DNA of 64,000 nt from Eledone cirrhosa (Eukaryota). The notes beneath the pieces were generated by a model. That model saw nothing but the letters and a program-made list of their open reading frames with translations, was not told the origin of the DNA and did no database searches. Made by a program: the position numbers and the translations under genes. The stretch covers positions 291,772,001 through 291,836,000 of the forward strand of contig OZ024740.1 in assembly GCA_964016885.1 (NCBI GenBank), written 5' to 3'. This document shows positions 41,101 through 52,931 of this stretch, in pieces. Every line of letters begins with the position of its first letter. Position 1 is the first letter of the stretch.

Positions 41101-44100
41101 GTATAACATTGGTCACCCTGTCAATGTGTATAACATTGGTCACCCTGTCAAAGTGTACAAGACTGGTTACCTTGTCAATGTGTACAACACTGGTCACCCT
41201 GTCAATGTGTACATCAACACTGATCACATTGTCAATGTGTACAACACTGGTCACCCTGTCAATGTGTACAACAACACTGATCACATTGTCAATGTGTACA
41301 ACACTGGTCCCCCTGTAAATATGTACAACACTGGTCCCCCTGTCAATGTGCACAACACTGGTCACCCTCTCAATGTGTACAACAACATTGGTCACCTTGT
41401 CAATGTGTACAACATTGGTCACCTTGTCAATGTGTACATCAACACTGGTCACCCTGTCAATGTGTACAAGACTGGTCACCCTGTCAATGTGTACAACACT
41501 GGTCACCTTGTCAATGTGTACAACACTGGTCACCTTGTCAATGTGTACAACATTGGTCACCTTATCAATGTGTACAACAACACTGGTCACCTTGTCAATG
41601 TGTACATCAACACTGGTCACCCTGTCAATGTGTACAACATTGGTCAACCTGTCAATGTGTACAACAACACTGGTCACCTTGTCAATGTGTACATCAACAC
41701 TGGTTACCCTGTCAATGTGTACAACAACATTGGTCACCTTGTCAATGTGTACAACACTGGTCACCCTGTCACTGTGTACAACTCTGGTCACCTTGTCAAT
41801 GTGTACAACATTGGTCAGCTTGTCAATGTGTACATCAACACTAGTCACCCTGTCAATGTGTACAACACTGGTCACCTTGTCAATGTGTACAACATTGGTC
41901 ACCTTGTCAATGTGTACATCAACACTGGTCACCCTGTCAATGTGTACAACATTGGTCAACCTGTCAATGTGTACAACAACACTGGTCACCTTGTCAATGT
42001 GTACATCAACACTGGTCACCCTGTCAATGTGTACAACATTGGTTAACCTGTCAATGTGTACAACACTGGTCACCTTGTCAACGTGTACATCAACACTGGT
42101 CACCCTGTCAATGTGTACAACATTGGTCAACCTGTCAATGTGTACAACAACACTGGTCACCCTGTCAATGTGTACAACACTGGTCACCCTGTCAATGTGT
42201 ACAACACTGGTCACCCTGTCAATGTGTACAACACTGGTCACCCTGTCAATGTGTACATTAACACTGGTCACCCTGTCAATGTGTATAACACTGGTCACCC
42301 TGTCAATGTGTACAACACTGGTCACCCTGTCAATGTGTACAACACTGGTCACCTTGTCAATGTGTACAACACTGGTCACCCTGTCAATGTGTACAACACT
42401 GGTAACCCTGTCAATGTGTACAACAACACTGGTCACCCTGTCAATGTGTACAACACTGGTCACCCTGTCAATGTGTAGAAAAACACTGGTCACCTGTCAA
42501 TGTGTACAACAACACTGGTCACCCTGTGAATGTGTACAACACTGGTGACCCTGTCAATGTGTACAACACTGGTCAACCTGTCAATGTGTACAACAACACT
42601 GGTCACCCTGTCAATATGTACAACACTGGTCACCCTGTCAATGTGTACAACAACACTGGTCACCCTGTCAATGTGTACAACACTGGTCACCCTGTCAATG
42701 TGTACAACAACACTGGTCACCCTGTCAATGTGTACGACACTGGTCAACCTGTCAATGTGTACGACACTGGTCAACATGTCAATGTGTACATCAACACTGG
42801 TCACCTTGTCAATATGTACAACACTGGTCACCCTGTCAATGTGTACAACAAGACTGGTCACCCTGTCAATGTGTACAACACTGGTCACCCTGTCAATGTG
42901 TACAACACTGGTCACCCTGTCAATGTGTACAACAGCACTGGTCACCTTGTCAATATGTACAACACTGGTCACCTTGTCAATGTGTACAACATTGGTCACC
43001 CTGTCAATGTGTACAACAGTGGTCACCCTGTCAATGTGTACATCAACACTGGTCACCCTGTCAATGTGTACAACAACACTGGTCACCTTGTCAATATGTA
43101 CAACACTGGTCACCTTGTCAATGTGTACATCAACACTGGTCACCCTGTCAATGTGTATAACATTGGTCACCCTGTCAATGTGTATAACATTGGTCACCCT
43201 ATCAATTTGTATAACATTGGTCACCCTGTCAATGTGTACAACAACATTGGTCACCCTGTCAAAGTGTACAAGACTGGTCACCTTGTCAATGTGTACAACA
43301 CTGGTCACCCTGTCAATGTGTACATCAACACTGATCACATTGTCAATGTGTACAACACTGGTCACCCTGTCAATGTGTACAACAACACTGGTCACCCTGT
43401 CAATGTGTATAACATTGGTCACCCTGTCAATGTGTATAACATTGGTCACCCTGTCAATGTGTATAACATTGGTCACCCTGTCAATGTGTACAACAACATT
43501 GGTCACCCTGTCAAAGTGTACAAGACTGGTCACCTTGTCAATGTGTACAACACTGGTCACCCTGTCAATGTGTACAACAACACTGATCACATTGTCAATG
43601 TGTACAACACTGGTCATCCTGTCAATGTGTGCAACAACACTGGTCACCCTGTCAATGTGTACATCAACATTGGTCACCATGTCAATCTGTACAACATTGA
43701 TCACACTGTCAATGTGTACAACAACACTGGTCACCTTGTCAATGTGTACAACACTGGTCACCTTGTCAATGTGTACAACACTGGTCACCCTGTCAATGTA
43801 TACAACATTGGTCACCTTGTCAATGTGTACAACACTGGTCACCCTGTCAATGTGTACAGCATTGGTCACCCTGTGAATGTGTACAGCATTGGTCACCCTG
43901 TCAATGTGTACAACAACACTGGTCACCCTGTCAACGTGTACAACATTGGTCACCCTGTCAATGTGTACAACAACACTGGTCACCCTGTCAACGTGTACAA
44001 CATTGGTCACCCTGTCAATGTTTACAACATTGGTCACCCTGTCAATGTGTACATCAACACTGGTCACCCTGTCAATGTGTACAACATTGGTCACCCTGTC

Positions 44101-47100
44101 AATGTTTACAACATTGGTCACCCTGTCAATATGTACAACACTGGTCACCCTGTCAATGTGTACAACAACACTGGTCACCTTGTCAATGTGTACAACACTG
44201 GTCACCCTGTCAATGTGTACAACACTGGTCACCTTGTCAATATGTACAACAACACTGGGCACCCTGTCAATGTGTACAACAACACTGGTCACCTTGTTAA
44301 TGTGTACATCAACACTGGTCCCCCTGTCAATGTGTACAACACTGGTCCCCCTGTCAATATGTACAACACTGGTCCCCCTGTCAATGTGTACAACAACATT
44401 GGTCACCTTGTCCATGTGTACAACACTGGTCACCCTGTCAATGTGTACAACTCTGGTCACCCTGTCAATGTGTACAACATTGGTTACCCTGTCAATGTGT
44501 ACAACAACATTGGTCACCTTGTCAATGTGTACAACATTGGTCACCTTGTCAATGTGTACATCAACACTGGTCACCCTGTCAATGTGTACAACACTGGTCA
44601 CCTTGTCAATGTGTACAACATTGGTCACCTTGTCAATGTGTACAACAACACTGGTCACCTTGTCAATGTGTACAACAACACTGGTCACCCTGTCAATGTG
44701 TACAACATTGGTCACCTTGTCAATGTGTACATCAACACTGGTCACCCTGTCAATGTGTACAACACTGGTCACTTTGTCAATGTGTACAACACTGGTCACC
44801 CTGTCAATGTGTACAACAACACTGATCACATTGTCAATGTGTACAACACTGGTCCCCCTGTAAATATGTACAACACTGGTCCCCCTGTCAATGTGCACAA
44901 CACTGGTCACCCTCTCAATGTGTACAACAACATTGGTCACCTTGTCAATGTGTACAACATTGGTCACCTTGTCAATGTGTACATCAACACTGGTCACCCT
45001 GTCAATGTGTACAAGACTGGTCACCCTGTCAATGTGTACAACACTGGTCACCTTGTCAATGTGTACAACACTGGTCACCTTGTCAATGTGTACAACATTG
45101 GTCACCTTATCAATGTGTACAACAACACTGGTCACCTTGTCAATGTGTACATCAACACTGGTCACCCTGTCAATGTGTACAACATTGGTCAACCTGTCAA
45201 TGTGTACAACAACACTGGTCACCTTGTCAATGTGTACATCAACACTGGTTACCCTGTCAATGTGTACAACAACATTGGTCACCTTGTCAATGTGTACAAC
45301 ACTGGTCACCCTGTCACTGTGTACAACTCTGGTCACCTTGTCAATGTGTACAACATTGGTCAGCTTGTCAATGTGTACATCAACACTAGTCACCCTGTCA
45401 ATGTGTACAACACTGGTCACCTTGTCAATGTGTACAACATTGGTCACCTTGTCAATGTGTACATCAACACTGGTCACCCTGTCAATGTGTACAACATTGG
45501 TCAACCTGTCAATGTGTACAACAACACTGGTCACCTTGTCAATGTGTACATCAACACTGGTCACCCTGTCAATGTGTACAACATTGGTTAACCTGTCAAT
45601 GTGTACAACACTGGTCACCTTGTCAACGTGTACATCAACACTGGTCACCCTGTCAATGTGTACAACATTGGTCAACCTGTCAATGTGTACAACAACACTG
45701 GTCACCCTGTCAATGTGTACAACACTGGTCACCCTGTCAATGTGTACAACACTGGTCACCCTGTCAATGTGTACAACACTGGTCACCCTGTCAATGTGTA
45801 CATTAACACTGGTCACCCTGTCAATGTGTATAACACTGGTCACCCTGTCAATGTGTACAACACTGGTCACCCTGTCAATGTGTACAACACTGGTCACCCT
45901 GTCAATGTGTACAACACTGGTCACCCTGTCAATGTGTATAACACTGGTCACCCTGTCAATGTGTATAACACTGGTCACCCTGTCAATGTGTACAACACTG
46001 GTCACCTTGTCAATGTGTACATCAACACTGGTCACCCTGTCAATGTGTACAACTTTAGTCCCCTTGTCAATGTGTACAACACTGGTCACCCTGTCAATGT
46101 GTACATCAACACTGGTCACCCTGTCAATGTGTACAACATTGGTCACCTTGTCAATGTGTACAACATTGGTCACCTTGTCAATGTGTACAACACTGGTCAC
46201 CCTGTCAATGTGTACAACAACACTGGTCCCCTTGTCAATGTGTACAACATTGGTCACCCTGTCAATGTGTACAACACTGGTCACCTTGTCAATGTGTACA
46301 ACATTGGTCACCTTGTCAATGTGTACAACATTGGTCACCCTGTCAATGTGTACAACAACACTGGTCACCCTGTCAATGTGTACAACATTGGTCACCTTGT
46401 CAATGTGTACAACATTGGTCACCCTGTCAATGTGTACAACATTGGTCACCTTGTCAATGTGTACAACATTGGTCACCCTGTCAATGTGTACAACACTGGT
46501 CACCCTGTCAATGTGTACAACACTGGTCACCTTGTCAATGTGTACAACACTGGTCACCCTGTCAATGTGTACAACAACACTGGTCACCTTGTCAATGTGT
46601 ACATCAACACTGGTCTCCCTGTCAATGTGTACAACACTGGTCACCCTGTCAATGTGTACAACATTGGTCACCCTGTCAATGTGTACAACACTGGTCACCC
46701 TGTCAATGTGTACAACACTGGTCTCCCTGTCAAAATGTACAAGACTGGTCACCTTGTCAATGTGTACAACAACACTGGTCACCCTGTCAATGTGTACAAC
46801 ACTGGTCACCTTGTCAATGTGTACATTAAGACTGGTCACCCTGTCAATGTGTACAACAACACTGGTCCCCCTGTCAATGTGTACAACACTGGTCACCCTG
46901 TCAATGTGTACAACACTGTCATCATGTCAATGTGTACACCGTCACCCTGTCAATGTGTACACTGGTCACCTTGTCAATGTGTACAACACTGGTCATCCTG
47001 TCAATGTGTACATTAACACTGGTCACCCTGTCAATCTGTACATTAACACTGGTCACCCTGTCAATGTGTACATTAACACTGGTCACCCTGTCAATGTGTA

Positions 47101-48101
47101 CAACACTGGTCACCCTGTCAACGTGTACAACACTGTCATCCTGTCAATGTGTACACTGTCACCCTGTCAATGTGTACACTGTCACCCTGTCAATGTGTAC
47201 ACTGTCACCCTGTCAATGTGTACACTGTCACTGTGTACACTGGTCACCTTGTCAATGTGTACAACACTGGTCATCCTGTCAATGTGTACATTAACGCTGG
47301 TCACCCTGTCAATGTGTACATTAACACTGGTCATCCTGTCAATGTGTACATCAACACTGGTCATCTTGTCAATGTGTACAACACTGGTCACCCTGTCAAT
47401 GTGTACAACATTGGTCACCCTGTCAATGTGTACAACATTGGTCCCCCTGTCAATGTGTACAACACTGGTCACCCTGTCACTGTGTACAACATTGGTCACC
47501 CTGTCAATGTGTACAACATTGGTCCCCCTGTCAATGTGTACAACACTGGTCACCCTGTCAATGTGTACAACATTGGTCACCCTGTCAATGTGTACAACAT
47601 TGGTCACCCTGTCAATGTGTACAACATTGGTCCCCCTGTCAATGTGTACAACATTGGTCACCCTGTCAATGTGTACAACATTGGTCCCCCTGTCAATGTG
47701 TACAACACTGGTCACCCTGTCAATGTGTACAACATTGGTCCCCCTGTCAATGTGTACAACATTGGTCCCCCTGTCAATGTGTACAACACTGGTCATCCTG
47801 TCAATGTGTACAACAACACTGGTCACCCTGTCAATGTGTACAACACTGGTCACCCTGTCAATGTGTACATCAACACTGGTCACCTGTCAATGTGTACAAC
47901 AACACTGGTCACCTTGTCAATGTGTACAACACTGGTCACCCTGTCAATGTGTACAACACTGGTCACCCTGTCAATGTGTACATCAACATTGGTCATCCTG
48001 GCAATGTGTACAACACTGGTCACCCTGTCAATGTGTACATTAACATTGGTCACCCTGTCAATGTGTACATCAACACTGGTCACCCTGTCAATGTGTACAA
48101 C
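17178..48101. repeat. ~30.9 kb intronic minisatellite array, 27/30-bp unit, with higher-order repeats
   Basis: Consensus ggtcaccYtgtcaatgtgtac(aac)1-2aYt, uninterrupted and head-to-tail, roughly 1100 units, inside SEC31 intron 16801-48392. Confidence 0.99.
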
Positions 48102-48392
48102 TGCATATTATATATTTAATTACAAAATTATATTACACTATTATCCTTTATCTAATCAAACACACCCAATCACCAATAAATTATTTTTTCAGTTGAGATT
48201 AATGGTCCAAAGAATTTAAATCAATTTAAAAACCACTTCAAAGATACTCGAATAAAAAATAGGTCAGTTGATGAAATTTAAATCTTAAATTAAACTAAAA
48301 CAACTATCTAAAACTGATCTTGATCGCAATGGAAAATATGTGGGTGTGTGATAGAGGGAGAGGGGGCAAAAGTGAAAAGTAAAGTATTGAAC

Positions 48393-48464
48393 CTCATTTT
48401 CTCTTAGTTTGTCATATAATGCATCCAATTTCTTAACCACATCTTCCAATTTCCTTTTTGTTTG
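48393..48464 (-). CDS. SEC31A: Sec31 penultimate exon (72 nt)
   Basis: ttgtttgtag|CAA..GAG|gttcaa; QTKRKLEDVVKKLDALYDKLRENE, like vertebrate QTKRKLDDA.KRLE.LYDKLRE; joins in phase 0 to LSQN. Confidence 0.95.
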
Positions 48465-48667
48465 CTACAAACAAAAGAAAAGGAAAAAAATCAATATAAA
48501 TTTCAAATGAAGACCTTACATCACAAAATATTAGGCAAAGAAGTAAATAAATGAAAACTAAGTTTTCTTATATTTCCTAGAAAAAAAAAAACAGAACTTG
48601 TTATGGTACTGTATCAGCATCACCATTACCAACATCACTTAATGTCCATTTTCTACATTAGCATGGG

Positions 48668-48673
48668 TATATA

Positions 48674-48709
<36 letters not shown>

Positions 48710-48857
48710 AGATGGGCCTCTGTACAGTTTCTGATTCACTGCTAAGGCATTAATCAGTCTGAGGCTCAAGTAGAAGATATTTGTCCAGGATGCCATTCAG
48801 TAGGATAGATCACATCAAGTGGTTACAAAGTTAACTTCTTAACCTCAGTCAGATCCC

Positions 48858-48889
<32 letters not shown>
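48668..48889. repeat. (TA)n at 48668-48708 and (TG)n at ~48860-48889 with SINE remnant between
   Basis: Direct reading. Confidence 0.85.
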
Positions 48890-48892
<3 letters not shown>

Positions 48893-48937
48893 ATTTAAAG
48901 TAAATTAATATTATGGATATTTGATGGTTTTACTTAC

Positions 48938-49075
48938 AGCATTTGTTGCAACTTTTAAACAGTTTCCAACCAAAGCATCAAATATATCTTGTAAAATCTG
49001 ATGTTCATTTGGTAAAGGTCCTTTTACAGCTTCAGGTGCAGGTTCTGGGGCTTTGCTAACTACAGGAGCAGCTGG
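48938..49075 (-). CDS. SEC31A: Sec31 exon (138 nt)
   Basis: tgtttgcag|CCA..GCT|gtaagt; PAAPVVSKAPEPAPEAVKGPLPNEHQILQDIFDALVGNCLKVATNA (cf. Sec31 K.P.P.EH.IL...F..L...CL..AT). Confidence 0.93.
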
Positions 49076-49170
49076 CTGCAAACAAGTTGTTTTTATAGTT
49101 TTAATAACACATACAGTTGTTTAGATTAATGACTGAAACGACAAAACTAAATTGGTATCAAATATCTAAC

Positions 49171-49314
49171 CTGCAATGGAGCCTGATGTTCTTGGGGATT
49201 GTAAATGTTTGGATAACTGTTGACTGGGGCACCTGTAGATGCTGGCTGCTGTTGCTCAGTACTTCCAGGAATTCCATACATCTGGTTGGTTATTGGATTT
49301 GGAGATTCAAATGG
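49171..49314 (-). CDS. SEC31A: Sec31 proline-rich-region exon (144 nt)
   Basis: ttaattgtag|CCA..CAG|gttaga; PFESPNPITNQMYGIPGSTEQQQPASTGAPVNSYPNIYNPQEHQAPLQ; phase 0/0. Confidence 0.85.
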
Positions 49315-50255
49315 CTACAATTAACAGAAGCAAAGATTAACAGCATCTCTATAGGTGTTATTCTGAAAGGAAAATATGTAAAATGGCATAAACATAATTT
49401 AGATATTTTTGCTGAGAGAAGAAATCATCAAGATTAAATGGTAATTTTTCCCCTTAATTAGAAACTTAAAACTAAATCAAGAAGTAAGTTTTAACAAATT
49501 TGATAAAGTATTTTTTTATGATCTCAAAGCAAAATACCAAATATACTTCTATTAAAACAAAACAAGTTATACTATCCCTATCAACCAAGAAAATTGCACC
49601 TCATACAGTAATAGCTCCTACCTTTGATACCCTAAGTATGTGATTATTTTGTTTAATGGTTAATCCAGCTCTGCTGGTGTATGCTCAGGATTTCAAGACT
49701 GGCCTTCATTTCTGGAACTCTGCCATGATGGTTTTGCATAAGACCAGTGTAACTTATTTTGTTTGGGTTTTTTTCACTGATACCAACTTGAATGTCTCTC
49801 AGTACAGGTGAATAATCTGATAAGTATTTGGGCTATTGTTAACTCTTGTTTTAATATCTACAAAAATCATGGAGCTGATTTCCAATCTTCGTTAAGGATA
49901 TAACATTTGGGGGGAGCCTCTAATGAAGGTTGAATGTGATGGTTATAGACACAATATGATCATTGACTGGGTCACAATGTTAAATGATAAATGAATTTTA
50001 GTTTGATAATGAAGTTCATCATTTTAAACTCTGGCTGAAGCAATTACTTAACATAAGACTGATGAAAACTAAAAATTGAAAGCAATATAGTAAATATTAA
50101 AAGCAATATAGTAAATATTAAAAGAAATACATGAAGCATTTAAAAATAATTTATATAAAGTTGAGCAATATTTATGAATATGAATTATCCCCATCAATCG
50201 CCTGTAACTTGCATTTGTATCTGAATATGATGACAGATGGGCCATATCCATTTAA

Positions 50256-50465
50256 CTCTTTTGTTACCAACCCAACCCAACCAAAGCTAGCCTTGGTTCT
50301 ATGACACAAAACCACCTATTTTAAAGGGTTTCTACTTAAGTTAAAATCTTCCAGCATGATTTTATAAGAACCATTTGTTAAGTTATCATCTTAGTAAAGA
50401 AATTATGACTTTCATAAATCCCTAAAAATTCTTCATTAATTAATTGAAATACAGCAACAAAAGGG
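50256..50465. mobile_element. piggyBac-type MITE, second family
   Basis: TTAA|ctcttttgttacc ... gcaacaaaaggg|ataa; related decayed copies at ~50720-50939 and ~61000-61125. Confidence 0.6.
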
Positions 50466-52671
50466 ATAACATGTTAGCTTTTTCAGTAGAAAAAACTAGT
50501 AATATCTCAGTGTTTTTTTTTATAATAATCAGGCAATACTGCCTCTTCCCTCTGTCTAATCACTACTACACAGAGCTCTGTTTCTTTTAACAGCTAGCTA
50601 CATGATAGATCCTCTATCATTTTAAGTGTAGATCAAGCAATACTGTCTCTTCCCTCTGTATAACGAATAGCTGCAGAATAGATCCTCTGTCAGTTTTCAT
50701 GATGAGTGTTCAGTTATTTTATTAAGCAAACCTCCTGAAACTGTCCCTGGTTTTAAAATATAAAACTGTTTGTTTTAATGCATTTATATATAAACTTATA
50801 ATTTTATGTAAAAACCTTTAAGTTTTGTTCCAAACACAAGTTTAATAATGAAAAAGTTAGTGACTAAATCCTTCCAAATTTGTGATTAATTGAAAATCAT
50901 AGACATTGTTTTTCACTAGAAATATAAGGGAAAGGTTAAGTAAACTAGCTACAATATGTAACAAAGTTGGATCTTTGAATTACAAATACAATCTGGCTAA
51001 TAAGTCTGCTTGACAATCAGATGGTTCCAGATTGAATTTCACAGCACCTTGATGAAGTGTTTTCTATGAAACTTGAGTTAACTGTAGCCTTGTTAGTGAA
51101 ATTGGGTGGAAAGAAACTGTGGAAGTTCATCAGAGGAACTCTTCCTGTTCTTGGGTGATAGATTTAAACCATCACCCAATTTAACATGACAACAAGGTTC
51201 TTAAGTGTTTTCCACAGAGTCCATAAACACTGGACCATGTCTCCAGTCTAAGGATAACCATTGAATCATAATTTCTCCTTCCTTTTCACTCCCTACCACT
51301 AGTCTGAGACAGATCATGGACATTTCTCTTCTTCCACTGACTAAGCCATTAAAATCAACAAAAACAGGACAAGTGACCATGTAAAGGCTCATTTATTGGT
51401 TTGAGGATTTCTTTGTTGGCAGATAGTTAAAGGATATTGTATACAATTCTAAAATATATTTAAACTGTTTAGAAAACTGAAAATATGAAAAGAAATTAAT
51501 TTATTCTCCTTCAGTGTTGAGATGAAGTTAAATCCCTACATAGTATTTGTATATTCAAACCTGAAGAGTATATTATGTATAATACAACTAAGTTACAATG
51601 AAATCCAAAAGCGATACTAATGTTGTTGTACCAACATATGATCAAAGACAATCCAACTTGATTTTTTTTTTTTTTTCAGATTGCTTCTAAGAGAACATTA
51701 TCCAATGTGTCCTTCCCTTTTCAAGACTGCAAGATGTGATTAAGGGGAGATATGGCTGCTATATCTAGCAGATCAAAGTGACCATATAGAAGAATCTCTT
51801 GATGTATGGTAACCAAATTTGAAATTATTTTCAAGACTACAGTTTCTGTTTTCATAGCATCAAAAAATAAGTCATTAAATAAGCATAGACATGTTGCCAG
51901 TAGTTAGTTTTATTTAAATGTACTTTCCTCTTTTAATTCTGTGACCATCAAAGCTGTAGCCATTCTATCTTTTACTCAGCCATAGTTCTCACATTACCTT
52001 CACTAACCAACAATACTCTCCTTAAGATAGTTGAGTGTGATCTGCTAATTTTAGCAAGTTTTGTGACCATCTGTCCTTTTGTAGAAATCCTTAAAAATCA
52101 TAACTATAAATAAAGAACAACTAAAAATATCACTAATATTTAATATTGAGTTGTTGTTTTTACATAAATTGGGTCTTGGATTATCCAGTTTAAATGATAG
52201 ATCATTCTGAGCTAATTTATATTTTCAGTACAGTATATAGTGTGACATCTATTTAGAGGGTATCACAGTTTTATTAAAATATGTGATGGTAAAAGACCTC
52301 TATTTGTATTTAGTCAATCTTATACATCATAGACAGTTTTAAACATAATGAAGTATTAAATAGGAAGAAACATGTATAAAGAAAACATCCATATATTTAA
52401 TGTCATGCAGAGATTGTTAATTAACACAATGAATTTAAACAGGTTAAAGAGTTGTTAAAGGTTAAATTTTGGAAAATCTGATGAATGACAGATGTTATAA
52501 AAGCCATTATTTTAGAACTGATCCAAATGTAAAAATAAGTAATATAAGGAAGCATGCATATTATTAGTTAAAAGAAGCTGAAGATTTGTTAAAAATATGT
52601 CTAATGGATTTCAGGACTTCTTCCAGGTGAAAATTTTAAGATAAATGGGCCCTACACCATCAAATCCTTAC

Positions 52672-52719
52672 CTGCATAGGTGGTGGCTCAACCAGATGGG
52701 GGTCATTCCAGCCTGATTG
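52672..52719 (-). CDS. SEC31A: Sec31 small symmetric exon (48 nt) with WND and PPP motifs
   Basis: tttttatctctgtag|CAA..CAG|gtaagg; QSGWNDPHLVEPPPMQ; phase 0/0. Confidence 0.8.
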
Positions 52720-52931
52720 CTACAGAGATAAAAATTAATAGTGCACAAAGCTAAATTTGATAAGCATTGAAATATCTTATCTTTCATTTCCATTCTCTTT
52801 AAAATACTTCAGTTATATGTAACCTTTGATTCACCAAGAACATTTTCAGTGTTCCTGGTTTACTTATATGGCACACTCATTTCATATTATATGCCCAGCA
52901 TGGCCTCAGCCTATCAACCAGAAAACGTAAT

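Noticed and set aside
22486-42493. Overlapping GTGA stop/start pairs as a translationally coupled operon
   Set aside because: Artefact of one duplicated 1-bp deletion plus the ORF caller allowing GTG starts; the DNA is eukaryotic.
17178-48101. CRISPR array
   Set aside because: Repeats are directly head-to-tail with no unique spacers, no cas genes, and a eukaryotic intron context.
17164-48219. Giant plus-strand ORFs (GHPVNVYNT, LVTLSMCTT, HWSPCQCVQ repeats) as mucin, keratin-associated or antifreeze genes
   Set aside because: Several frames are open at once because units are 27/30 nt; there are no unique domains or signal peptide, frames swap at indels, and they are antisense within an intron.
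49315-49364. Alternative acceptor at 49363 extending the 144-nt exon
   Set aside because: The extension contains an in-frame TAA; the acceptor at 49315 gives an open frame.
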